From assembly GCA_023435025.1 (NCBI GenBank), contig JAEYSE010000030.1:565-64564 (forward strand): a stretch of 64,000 nt of DNA. Reading direction: 5' to 3'. The position numbers and the translations under genes were made by a program. This document shows positions 9,672 to 18,055 of this stretch, in pieces. The notes below the pieces were generated by a model. It saw only the letters and a program-made list of their open reading frames with translations. It did not search any database and had not been told where the DNA came from. Origin of the DNA: Bacillota bacterium. GTDB lineage: Bacteria > Bacillota > Clostridia > Christensenellales > CAG-138. Position 1 is the stretch's first letter. Each line of letters opens with the position of its first letter.

Positions 9672-10439
9672 ATGCTGGCAATTAACCGACTGTCCGCCAT
9701 CCGTGAATTGCTCAACACAGACGACAGCGTATCTGTCGCAGAATTAAGCAAGATTTTTTCCGTAACGGAAGAAACCATCCGCCGGGATCTTGAGAAAATA
9801 GTCAAGGATGATCGATCGGTGGTGCGGGTGCATGGGGGCGCTTACAAAATTAAAACATTTGACCGCGAAGCACCTTATGAACTGCGGGAGACCCTGCTGG
9901 TGGAGGAAAAAGCGCGCATTGCGCAAAAAAGCTTTACTATGCTGGACGAGGGCGATACGATCATGCTCGATTCGAGCACAACCGCCCTGCACCTTGCAAA
10001 AGCCATCAAGCAATCCTCTCTCAAACTCTCCGTCATTACAAATTCCCTTCGGATTGCGCTGGAGTTATCTGACTGTGGCCATACCAATCTGATTATGGCG
10101 GGCGGTTCTTACCGTCCTTCCTCCCGTTCGTTTGTGGGATATTCGGTAACCGGCATGCTTGAGGAGCTCCATGCCGATAAAGCTTTCGTAAGCTGCTCGG
10201 GACTACATGAACGTTTTGGATTGACAGATAACAGCGAAAGCGAGGCGCGGGTGCGGCGCATGATGCTCGCTCATTCGGATTATCGGTATTTGCTTGTGGA
10301 TTCGGATAAATTCGGCCGGTGTAAAAGCCATCGCATTGCGCCCCTGGAGGAAATTCAGATGCTCTTTACCGACCGCGAGCCTGATGACGGATTGAAAGAT
10401 CTGCTTTTAAAAAGCCACATTGATGTAATTGTATGCTGA
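9672..10439 (+). CDS. DeoR/GlpR-family transcriptional regulator
   Basis: N-terminal HTH (RLSAIRELLNTDDSVSVAELSKIFSVTEETIRRDLEKI) plus a DeoR C-terminal sugar-phosphate sensor domain. ATG 9672 follows GGAGG; the ORF track begins at TTG 9660. Confidence 0.9.
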   Translation: MLAINRLSAIRELLNTDDSVSVAELSKIFSVTEETIRRDLEKIVKDDRSVVRVHGGAYKIKTFDREAPYELRETLLVEEKARIAQKSFTMLDEGDTIMLDSSTTALHLAKAIKQSSLKLSVITNSLRIALELSDCGHTNLIMAGGSYRPSSRSFVGYSVTGMLEELHADKAFVSCSGLHERFGLTDNSESEARVRRMMLAHSDYRYLLVDSDKFGRCKSHRIAPLEEIQMLFTDREPDDGLKDLLLKSHIDVIVC

Positions 10440-10890
10440 CTTGCCCCTTCATGCAGGGCTGGGCGCTTCAATGCATATAATGCCAAAGGCCAGCAGAAAG
10501 ATATTTGGGAACCACCATATTAACTTGGCTCGATGGTCTAATACCATGCCTAAACACCTATTTTTGACGGGGTTACTGTTATAACGCCTAAGCCCCAACT
10601 TTGCAATGCTCCGTCCCAATTGAGACGCCCCAAATTTGAACTTCTTTTATACCAAAAGCCTCAATCTTGCCCTGAGCGCGCCTCACGCTAACAGTGTAAA
10701 ACAGCATCTCCAAAGCAGGCGGTACGTAGCTAGACACCACAGCGAGTACCGCCAGAAGGAAAGACGATTATCGGTTGAGAGGAGCGTAACGCCTTTACAT
10801 GACGGGCAAGGCTAACCTTGTCCATCTTTATTGTGCTTGAAATTATCTGGCTCAAGCTATGCCAGGGGGATAAAAGAGGCTGAAGCTCCA

Positions 10891-11033
10891 GTAAAACATA
10901 ATGCGAGGTTTGGATAACCGCTCGGGTTAAACATAATGGGAAGTTCGTATCGCAGCCGTTGATAAACATAATCGGAAGTTCAGTTCGAAACCGTAGATAA
11001 GCATAATCGGAAGTTTGTTTTGCCTCTGTTTAA
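10891..11033. repeat. tandem array 1 of a ~36-bp repeat (4 units), core TAAACATAATCGGAAGTTC
   Basis: Units begin near 10892, 10928, 10963 and 10998 (periods 36/35/35). The first ~20 nt of each unit are conserved and the remaining ~16 nt vary. The array lies in an ~800-bp gene-free stretch. Confidence 0.75.
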
Positions 11034-11235
11034 CCTTCTTTGGTGTATTTAACTAATCGCTTTATCTCAAGTTCCATTCATTTTCGTCCATCCATTAACC
11101 AACCACTTAAAGAACACTTCACCGCTGGGATACATAAAGTGCCAACGACGCTAAAAAGTTGCTGCCAGGCTACCCATGAATGTCTCATCTGATTAAATAA
11201 ATGGGGGCTTTGTTTCAGTTTAACGTGCTTCGCCG

Positions 11236-12276
11236 TTATCTCCAACCGGATCTGGATAACAGGTGCAGATATCGCAAAACGTTTGCCGTAATTGACTGAA
11301 GTTCAACTGCGCGTGGATCAAACTGTTTGCCGGCCTGCTCCAGGATGTAGCTCGCGGCATTCTCGTGAGAAAAGGTGAGCTTGTACACGCGGCTGCTCGT
11401 CAGCGCATCGTATACATCCGCAACCGCCATGAAGCGAGCCGGAACGGGGATTTCCTCTCTGCTAAGTCCTTGCGGATAACCAGAACCGTCCCAACGCTCG
11501 TGATGGCAATAGATCACGTCAAGCGCGTACTGAAGTACCTGTGATGTACTACCCGTAGCTGCATGGGCCTCTAATAGAGCGTCTCGGGCCAATGTGGTGT
11601 GGGTTTTTACAATGGCGAACTCATCTTCACTCAGCTTGCCAGGCTTTTGAAGAATGGCCGGGTCAATGGCAAGCTTTCCAATGTCATGGAATACCGCCGC
11701 CTGCGCCATCACTTGGATTCCTTCTTTTGTAAGCATCCCCGGATAAGTACCCAAGGAAAGCGCTGTCTCCGCCAGCGCCTCAAACAAGAACCTTGTTCTG
11801 AGCAGGTGACCTCCATGGCCATCTATGGATGTGGCCAGCTTTGACGCTGCATGTAGGCACGCCCATTGGAGTGGGGTGTGCTCCGGGCAATCGTAGGCCG
11901 CATACTGATTGAAAACCGTCTGCAGGCGGTGAAGCAGGGAGAGTGAATGAATACTGTAGACGGGCTCCGCGCCCGACAATCTGCATTGTCCGCGCATGGT
12001 CCAATACATGGCCGATTTCGAAAAATGCAATATGACTGGAATATGACGAAGCGACGGAAGCGCATGTATACGCCTGCACAGGGTGAGTTTTTCAATCAAC
12101 TGGTACGTAGCGTGCATAACGATGATAGAGGGATGGATGTGTCTGAGCGCCTGCACCGTATCCTCACAATATGGTAAAAGAACAGCACCATAATCATTAC
12201 GAAGCTTTTGTAGCGATTCGGAGACTAGTTCATTAGGAAAAGCGAGTATGTAGATTTTTCGCGGCTGCTTCATCAT
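11236..12276 (-). CDS. HD-GYP-domain phosphodiesterase (c-di-GMP hydrolase family) with a degenerate receiver-like N-terminus
   Basis: HDIGKLAI..HHERWDGSGYPQGL motifs. The N-terminal ~120 aa have a receiver-like beta/alpha pattern (KIYILAF..PSIIVMHATY..IPVILHFS) but lack the acidic pocket and phospho-acceptor Asp. ATG ATG at 12276 follows GGTAGG. Confidence 0.85.
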   Translation of the reverse strand: MMKQPRKIYILAFPNELVSESLQKLRNDYGAVLLPYCEDTVQALRHIHPSIIVMHATYQLIEKLTLCRRIHALPSLRHIPVILHFSKSAMYWTMRGQCRLSGAEPVYSIHSLSLLHRLQTVFNQYAAYDCPEHTPLQWACLHAASKLATSIDGHGGHLLRTRFLFEALAETALSLGTYPGMLTKEGIQVMAQAAVFHDIGKLAIDPAILQKPGKLSEDEFAIVKTHTTLARDALLEAHAATGSTSQVLQYALDVIYCHHERWDGSGYPQGLSREEIPVPARFMAVADVYDALTSSRVYKLTFSHENAASYILEQAGKQFDPRAVELQSITANVLRYLHLLSRSGWR

Positions 12277-12392
12277 ACACCTACCAAATTGCTTATCATC
12301 TTCGCGGCAAAACAGCGGTGCGCCGTTTATAGTACGACGCACCGCTGTTCTGTTGGCTGGATTAGAACAGATCAGTTGGAACGAAACTCGTA

Positions 12393-14156
12393 TTAATATT
12401 TATCAAAGTGTATGGCGCTTTCTTCTGCAACTGTATGAACACGCTTTGGTGCTGCAGGCGCGTGAGCTGTCGTGGAAAGCTGTCCCTCTCCCTGCAGGCG
12501 GAAGCGTGCGATCAACTGCTGGAGGACGAGAGCCTGCCCGGAGAGTTCTTCGCTCGCTGCGGCGCTTTCTTCCGCAGTAGCGGAGTTGTTCTGTACCACA
12601 TTTGAAATCTGTTCAATCCCCTGTGTGGTCTGTGTGACGGCTGTGGCCTGGGCGTTGGAGGCTCCGGCAATTTCGTTGACCAATCTGGAAACACCGTCGG
12701 CTTTTTCCACAATCAGGCCAAGGGATTTTTCGGTGGCGCTCACCATATGTGTGCCGTTCTGGATTGCCTGGATTGCGCTTTCAATGAGGGCGGTGGTATT
12801 TTTTGCGGCTTCCGCGCTCTTGCCCGCAAGGTTTCTTACCTCTTCGGCCACTACGGCAAAGCCCTTTCCGGCAGCACCCGCTCTTGCTGCCTCAACCGCA
12901 GCGTTAAGCGCCAGAATATTGGTTTGGAATGCAATATCGTCGATGGTCTTAATGATTTTGCCGATCTGGTTTGACGTTTTTGAGATCTCATCCATTGCGG
13001 CAACCAACTGCAGCATCTGGCGGTTGCCATTTTCAATTTCCTGCGTGGTTGCGTTGACCATTTTGTTGGCCTGCTGGGCGTTTTCAGCATTCTGCTTAAT
13101 TTGCAGGGAGATCTCATTAATGGTGGCGGAAAGTTCTTCGACAGAGCTTGCCTGCTCAGTAGAGCCCTGGGAGAGTGCCTGTGCGCCGCTTGCCACCTGG
13201 TTGGAGCCGATTGCTACCTGCTCGGAAGACTGGCTGATCTGCATGAGCGCACCGCTGAGGGAGGAGAGGATACGCTCCAGGGACGCTTTGATGGGTGCAA
13301 AGTCGCCTACATAGTCGATATCGACTTCTACAGTCAAATCACCATCTGCCATTGTACCGAGCACATCGGAAATGTTGCCAATATAAATGCGCAGGTTTTC
13401 GATTAGCTTGCGGGTGTTGTTGGCAAGGGAGCCTAACTCATCGCGGGATTCGTAGGAAATGGTTGCGGATAGATTTCCTGCTGCTAACTGCTTGGTTGCG
13501 CCTTCAATTTCGAGGAGGGGCTTTGTAATGCTCCGTACGATATAAACGCACAGGACAACAGTAATCATTAGAGCCGCTACAGAAATGGAAATGGCAAGTG
13601 TGAAACCGTTCTGTGCTGCAACTTGACTCTCACTATAGAACTTTTCTGCACGTGCTGAGACATTATCCCCTATAGAAGCTGCGACATCGCGCACTTGCTG
13701 TGCAATGGGGGCATACTGGTCTTGATACATGGTGAGCGCCTCGGCCTTTTTATTGGCGTCTGCCAGCGCTATAATACTTTCTCGGGCTAGTTGCGCCTGC
13801 GCAAGCAGATCATGCAAATTTTGCATTTTATCCGTATCTTCCAATAAGATGATATCCATTGTATCGATAGATGCGTTGAGTTGTGTCAGGGCGTCCTGAA
13901 TGCTTGCCTTGTATTGGTCTGCCGCCTCCTGTGTTTCTGCTGTGGCAACACTTAGAATCAGCTTTTCAAGTTCCTGTAAGCCGCGGCGAATATTGATTGC
14001 TTCATTGGAAGCTACAAAGGAATTGTTGTGAAAAGTAGAAAATTTATCGGTGATGGTCGTCATGCTCAGAAGCGTAATAACGACTGTCGTAAGGAATAAA
14101 ACGAAAATAATTGTAAACGTAAGCACAAGTTTTTTAGAGATAGACAAATTCTTCAT
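12393..14156 (-). CDS. methyl-accepting chemotaxis protein (N-terminal TM, helical-bundle sensor, second TM, HAMP, MA signalling domain)
   Basis: 587 aa. Highly conserved signalling hairpin region [37 protein letters not shown]. Confidence 0.9.
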   Translation of the reverse strand: MKNLSISKKLVLTFTIIFVLFLTTVVITLLSMTTITDKFSTFHNNSFVASNEAINIRRGLQELEKLILSVATAETQEAADQYKASIQDALTQLNASIDTMDIILLEDTDKMQNLHDLLAQAQLARESIIALADANKKAEALTMYQDQYAPIAQQVRDVAASIGDNVSARAEKFYSESQVAAQNGFTLAISISVAALMITVVLCVYIVRSITKPLLEIEGATKQLAAGNLSATISYESRDELGSLANNTRKLIENLRIYIGNISDVLGTMADGDLTVEVDIDYVGDFAPIKASLERILSSLSGALMQISQSSEQVAIGSNQVASGAQALSQGSTEQASSVEELSATINEISLQIKQNAENAQQANKMVNATTQEIENGNRQMLQLVAAMDEISKTSNQIGKIIKTIDDIAFQTNILALNAAVEAARAGAAGKGFAVVAEEVRNLAGKSAEAAKNTTALIESAIQAIQNGTHMVSATEKSLGLIVEKADGVSRLVNEIAGASNAQATAVTQTTQGIEQISNVVQNNSATAEESAAASEELSGQALVLQQLIARFRLQGEGQLSTTAHAPAAPKRVHTVAEESAIHFDKY

Positions 14157-14164
14157 GACAATAG

Positions 14165-14656
14165 TTACTCCTGTTCTTTTTTACTAATGGGGCGTACGTG
14201 TGCAAGTAATTTTTCAGTATCTAATAGCAGCTTTACCTGCCCATCCGATTTGCCGATGCCTTTGATGTAGCTGCTTGAGTCTGCGCTTTGCTCCGGTGGC
14301 GGAACAATATCGCTTTGTTCAATGCGGAGCACCTCTGTTACCCTATCTACAATCAGCCCTGCCAAATGGGTGCCAACGTCTACGACAATAACGCACGTAC
14401 GGTCCGTATATTCTTCGGGCTGTTTGTGGAATTTTAAGCGCATATCGATGACGGGGATAATGTTCCCACGCAGGTTGATGACACCCTTCATGTAAGCGGG
14501 CGTTTCCGGAAGGCGTGCAATTGGCTGGACGCCGATAATTTCCTTTACATATGCAATCTCCACTCCTAACGCTTCTCCGTCTACAACAAAGGTTAAAAAC
14601 CTTCCTTGCTGGGTGTCCTCCCATTCTTCGCGCAGGATTTCCTGCTCAAGTGCCAT
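14165..14656 (-). CDS. cheW: chemotaxis coupling protein CheW
   Basis: CheW-like domain ([52 protein letters not shown]). ATG 14656 lies 7 nt after GGAGG. The ORF track extends to 14719. Confidence 0.9.
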   Translation of the reverse strand: MALEQEILREEWEDTQQGRFLTFVVDGEALGVEIAYVKEIIGVQPIARLPETPAYMKGVINLRGNIIPVIDMRLKFHKQPEEYTDRTCVIVVDVGTHLAGLIVDRVTEVLRIEQSDIVPPPEQSADSSSYIKGIGKSDGQVKLLLDTEKLLAHVRPISKKEQE

Positions 14657-14929
14657 TGCGTTTACCTCCTGATTATTTTTCAAAATCATATGCGCAAGCA
14701 CGGCGCACTGTTTTGGCAAAAGATACTAGATACCAAGAAAACTGGAATAATGTACCGGGATTTTTGGCTAATAAACAAAATTATTATTATGTTGCATTAA
14801 TAATGGAAGAAATAAGGAGATAAATAAAGATATAAGGAGGTAATTTGAAATGATTGTAAATATAAGCGCAATTTGATATACTCTTTTTTAGTCGATAATT
14901 GTAGAAATAGTATCCTTGGAGGAAGAGGA

Positions 14930-15489
14930 ATGACCGTACAACCCATCCGTGACAAGAAAAAAATCAAGCAAATGTACGTATACCTAGCAGGGTATGAACC
15001 TAAGTATGCGGTTTTGTTTAAGTTTGGAATCAATACCGGTTTGCGTATCAGCGATATCATACCCATTAAAGTAAAAGAAATCTACCTTGAAAATATGCAG
15101 TTCCGCGAGTATCTGACACTAACCGAACAGAAAACGGGGAAAGAAAAGCGCATTAAACTAAACGATACACTTAGAAAATGTCTCAAGACTATATGAAAGC
15201 GTATTGTCTTACGATGGAGGACTATCTGTTTTTTAGCCGAAAGGGGGGACACTTGGGGCGTATACAGGTTTATAAAGTTCTGACAGATGCCGCTGAAGCA
15301 TTGGGCATTGAAAACTTCGGCACCCATAGTCTTCGGAAAACATGGGGATATTGGACGTATCAAATTTCAAAATACAATATTGGCCTGATTATGGATACGT
15401 TTAACCACAGTTCTCCGGCAATTACCCTACGCTATATCGGTATTACGCAGGATCAAAAGGATGAACTTTACTCTATGGTGCAGCTTTAA
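14930..15489 (+). pseudogene. small catalytic-domain-only tyrosine recombinase/integrase, split by a frameshift near 15180-15196
   Basis: Two overlapping ORFs (14930..15196 and 15178..15489, frames differ by one nt) together carry the catalytic residues: Arg in NTGLRISD, HSLRKT (H-x-x-R), and Tyr in ITLRYIG. ATG 14930 follows GGAGGAAGAGG. Confidence 0.7.
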
Positions 15490-15504
15490 TATCATGCCAG
15501 AACA

Positions 15505-15535
15505 AAAACCTGCATAAAAATGCAGGTTTTTTTAT
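15505..15535 (+). terminator. Rho-independent terminator (bidirectional shape)
   Basis: AACCTGCA taaaaa TGCAGGTT followed by TTTTTTATT, with an A-run on the 5' side. Confidence 0.8.
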
Positions 15536-15726
15536 TAAAAGGACTAATGCTCTTGTGAATTATGTCGAAATAAAGCAAAGACAATGATAATAGCTTTCTT
15601 TTGGCGAATGCAACATAATAATAAATGTGATAGATTGGGTTCCATTAAAATCGAAACAACTGTTCACCGCATTCCATGTAGGTTAATTGGTGAGTCTCGG
15701 ATTATTAACCATTCATCGCGATGGGA

Positions 15727-15915
15727 TAAAATATAATCGGAAGTTCATTTCATCGTGCCAGTGCTAGTTCACGTCGTGGCCGCTGATAAACATAATCGGA
15801 AGCTCATTTCATCGAGCCGGTGCTAAACATAATGGAAAGTTCACTTCATAGCCCGCGAGAAAACATAAGGCGAAGTTCACTCCATTGCGCCAGGATTAAA
15901 CATAAATTCGCAGAC
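15727..15915. repeat. tandem array 2 of the same ~36-bp repeat (5 units, last decayed), same orientation as array 1
   Basis: Units begin near 15727, 15787, 15824, 15860 and 15897. The first unit carries a partial internal duplication (AGTTCA..TCGTG..CCG). Core is (T)AAACATAATCGGAAGTTCA(T)TTCAT. Confidence 0.75.
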
Positions 15916-15984
15916 GATTTTCTGGGGACAGAATACCAAGAAGTGGCACCAGGGTTTTCCGGTCTAAGGATGGATTACGGCAGG

Positions 15985-16158
15985 TCAGTCTGGGCGCAAA
16001 TCAAAATATGCTTTCCACATATCATCCGCAAAGGTTAATGATAGGCTAATGGGTTCGTAACTAAATGTGGTGAAATAATCCGCAATTATAGTGTTCATCA
16101 ACTGACTAAGTTTATCATTATCCAAAAAACATTTCTCCTTTGCGGCAGCGAATAGCAT
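15985..16158 (-). CDS. hypothetical 57-aa protein, translationally coupled to the CHAT gene (below the ORF-track size cutoff)
   Basis: Hand translation gives MLFAAAKEKCFLDNDKLSQLMNTIIADYFTTFSYEPISLSLTFADDMWKAYFDLRPD*. Its ATG (16158..16156) overlaps the CHAT stop TAA (16160..16158) as TAATG. Composition matches the island. No recognisable family. Confidence 0.4.
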   Translation of the reverse strand: MLFAAAKEKCFLDNDKLSQLMNTIIADYFTTFSYEPISLSLTFADDMWKAYFDLRPD

Positions 16159-17192
16159 TACATATCTGGCCGAACCAAAATTACATCATTCAAGTCAATA
16201 TTATCACGGGCATAAATTTGGGGAATGTTTTCGCCGGGAATGCCCTCTAATAATAATTCCGCAATCGCTTGATTAAATGATGTTTGAAGTGACCGCCCAA
16301 AGCCTATTGAAGAATATAGTTGCGCTGCAAATGTGCAAGCAGTATCATCTCTAATCGAATCTGACATACCAATCGCAGCTTCAATGTGTTCGACAACACT
16401 TTCAGCTTGCGATTCGGAAAAACATGCATTGAAAACCACCAAACGGATAGTATCAGAAGCTGTTGCCATTGCCATAGTAATAGCTTCCTTAGTAACAATT
16501 TTTGTGCTTCCATCAGGATTCAGCAGAGCAAGTTCTCCTGTCTGCGCTCCATGACCACTAAAGTGTACGATTGTTGGATTTGTTTCGTTAATGGCTTGCA
16601 ATATATCAGACGAACGAGTAGCCCAACGGCTTTCAAAATGAACAGAATCACGATATTCCGAAAGTCGGATTTTTTCTTGAATTGAACGTGCTTCTTCATC
16701 AAGTCGAAGTTGGGGGGTGTCAGTAGGATTAGCTGCCATAAAAAGAACCGTAATTTTTTCAGGAACTGCTTTAAGACGTTCAATTTCTGCTTGCATTTGA
16801 GCCTGTGTATACCCATGCTGGCGTATTGCTTGTTCCATCGCCTCTGTTTGGCGTGCTGCTTCAAGAGATTGTTTCTTATTAGCTTTAGCTTCTTCGGCTC
16901 TATAATTTTTATCAACAGTTGCCACTTCTTTTTCTTTTTGAGCTATCTTTTTTTGTATGCTCCCGCACTTTTTTTGAGTGTCGGCGATTGACTTATTGGC
17001 GCGTTCGATTTCACTAAGTTTGGATTTTACGGTGGATTGGCTTTTGGTTCGTTTAATTGCATTATTGGCAGATATTATTTTGTGCTGCAATGGTGAAATT
17101 TTAGCTTGCTCTTTTGCCAAATCTTGATTTAGCTTTGCAAGTTCACCGCGTTTTCTAACCAAAGTATTTCTATATGTATCAAGTTGAGCCAT
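16158..17192 (-). CDS. CHAT-domain (caspase-like) protease with a ~145-aa N-terminal coiled-coil region
   Basis: 344 aa. Residues 1-145 are K/Q/E/A-rich and heptad-like. The C-terminal ~200 aa show the caspase/CHAT His-Cys dyad context TIVHFSGHG (H214) and RLVVFNACFS (C257). RBS AGGGGG lies 15 nt after the upstream stop. Confidence 0.8.
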   Translation of the reverse strand: MAQLDTYRNTLVRKRGELAKLNQDLAKEQAKISPLQHKIISANNAIKRTKSQSTVKSKLSEIERANKSIADTQKKCGSIQKKIAQKEKEVATVDKNYRAEEAKANKKQSLEAARQTEAMEQAIRQHGYTQAQMQAEIERLKAVPEKITVLFMAANPTDTPQLRLDEEARSIQEKIRLSEYRDSVHFESRWATRSSDILQAINETNPTIVHFSGHGAQTGELALLNPDGSTKIVTKEAITMAMATASDTIRLVVFNACFSESQAESVVEHIEAAIGMSDSIRDDTACTFAAQLYSSIGFGRSLQTSFNQAIAELLLEGIPGENIPQIYARDNIDLNDVILVRPDM

Positions 17193-17207
17193 TGAGTACC
17201 CCCTTAA

Positions 17208-17660
17208 CTACCATTCGTAATACGAAACGCCATTCCTTATAGTGGGCTTAATTATTCGTCCACCAGCTTCAACAATAATATCACCATCATCATGTATGCT
17301 GCCGCCATGCGTTCCACGAATTACAACTTTACCCGAATTGTGCAGAGAACCGGAGTGCTTTCCGCCCTCACAAATTATCAATTCACCACCACATTCTAAA
17401 TGCATACTTCCATTAGCCGACCCCTTAACACTAACGGTTGCCCCATGTTCTATATGTGTAGAGCCATTTTGTTCCCCTAATATTTCTATTTTAGTATTGG
17501 GTTGAGCATGTAACGAACCATTATGACGGCCTATAAGTCTAAGTGCCCCATGTTCAATATAAATGGCTCCATTATATTTGCCCAACAAATCATAATCTTC
17601 CCTAATAACCAAAGGTGGCAATTCTACGCCATCAATAATGTCTTTAGGATAATTATTCAT
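17208..17660 (-). CDS. hypothetical repeat protein: five or six ~19-aa units ending G-x-x-G-S-x-H (beta-helix / bactofilin-like appearance)
   Basis: 150 aa with units GRHNGSLHA, GEQNGSTHI, GSANGSMHL, GGKHSGSLHN and GTHGGSIHD at regular spacing. RBS GAGGAGGAG is upstream. First gene of the CHAT operon. Confidence 0.65.
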   Translation of the reverse strand: MNNYPKDIIDGVELPPLVIREDYDLLGKYNGAIYIEHGALRLIGRHNGSLHAQPNTKIEILGEQNGSTHIEHGATVSVKGSANGSMHLECGGELIICEGGKHSGSLHNSGKVVIRGTHGGSIHDDGDIIVEAGGRIIKPTIRNGVSYYEW

Positions 17661-17762
17661 AATGCTCCTCCTCTTAACGGGCTTCCCATTATTGCTATAA
17701 TCTCGCCTTGATTGAACTTCTTGTCGCCTAACGCGGGTTGTCTATAAAAGCTTCGTATACTA

Positions 17763-17791
17763 ATTATATGTCCTAATATATACCAGCACAA
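17763..17791 (-). promoter_or_regulatory. putative promoter of the CHAT operon
   Basis: On the minus strand: TTGTGC, 17 nt, TATAAT. A second TGgTATATA extended -10 lies just upstream. The background is AT-rich, so chance matches are likely. Confidence 0.3.
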
Positions 17792-18055
17792 TTAGAAGAT
17801 GTAATAAAATTTACTTTTTTGTCAAACGATATGTTCTGCCATCCTACGGCTTCTCCGTAAGAAATAAGGGGGTAGTAAAGCCACGGCAACAACAAAAGTC
17901 GGTAGTCGTAAAGAAGCAAAAGCACCAAAAAGCAGGAATTCACGGCTACCTTTTGCGCAAACCCTGGATAACGATATGAAAATGTAACGAATATAGGTGG
18001 ATTCGGCTGAGTAAATCCTATATACTATGTTCAAATCATTCTAAGCAAAGAATTC

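Noticed and set aside
10440-10890. About 450 bp of gene-free DNA with a loosely recurring GCCCCAA(n)TTTG motif, considered as a pseudogene or second repeat family
   Set aside because: The motif recurs only 3-4 times, with irregular spacing and poor conservation. I found no frame with recognisable protein remnants. The support is insufficient.
10730-10969. 79-aa minus-strand ORF overlapping repeat array 1, and the 72-aa plus-strand ORF 15820..16038 overlapping array 2
   Set aside because: Both read through tandem DNA repeats and lack an RBS. They are most likely artefacts of the repeat sequence.
12472-13314. 280-aa plus-strand ORF opposite the MCP gene
   Set aside because: It is antisense to a canonical MCP signalling domain. 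Its Ser/Ala/Cys-rich translation has no family resemblance.
14850-14876. 8-codon mini-ORF (MIVNISAI*) behind a strong AAGGAGG, just upstream of the recombinase
   Set aside because: It could be a leader peptide, but it is very short, lies in AT-rich DNA where such ORFs arise by chance, and nothing else supports it.
10891-15915. The two repeat arrays considered as CRISPR arrays
   Set aside because: The conserved part is only about 20 nt and the variable part about 16 nt, for a period of 35-37. The repeats are degenerate between units, there is no palindromic repeat structure, and no cas genes lie nearby. I report them as tandem repeats instead.
17822-18034. 70-aa minus-strand ORF between the CHAT operon and the LmbE gene
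   Set aside because: It has a TTG start without an RBS. It lies upstream of the putative operon promoter and in the opposite direction to nothing it could be coupled with, and its sequence is motif-less. I cannot fully exclude a small membrane peptide.
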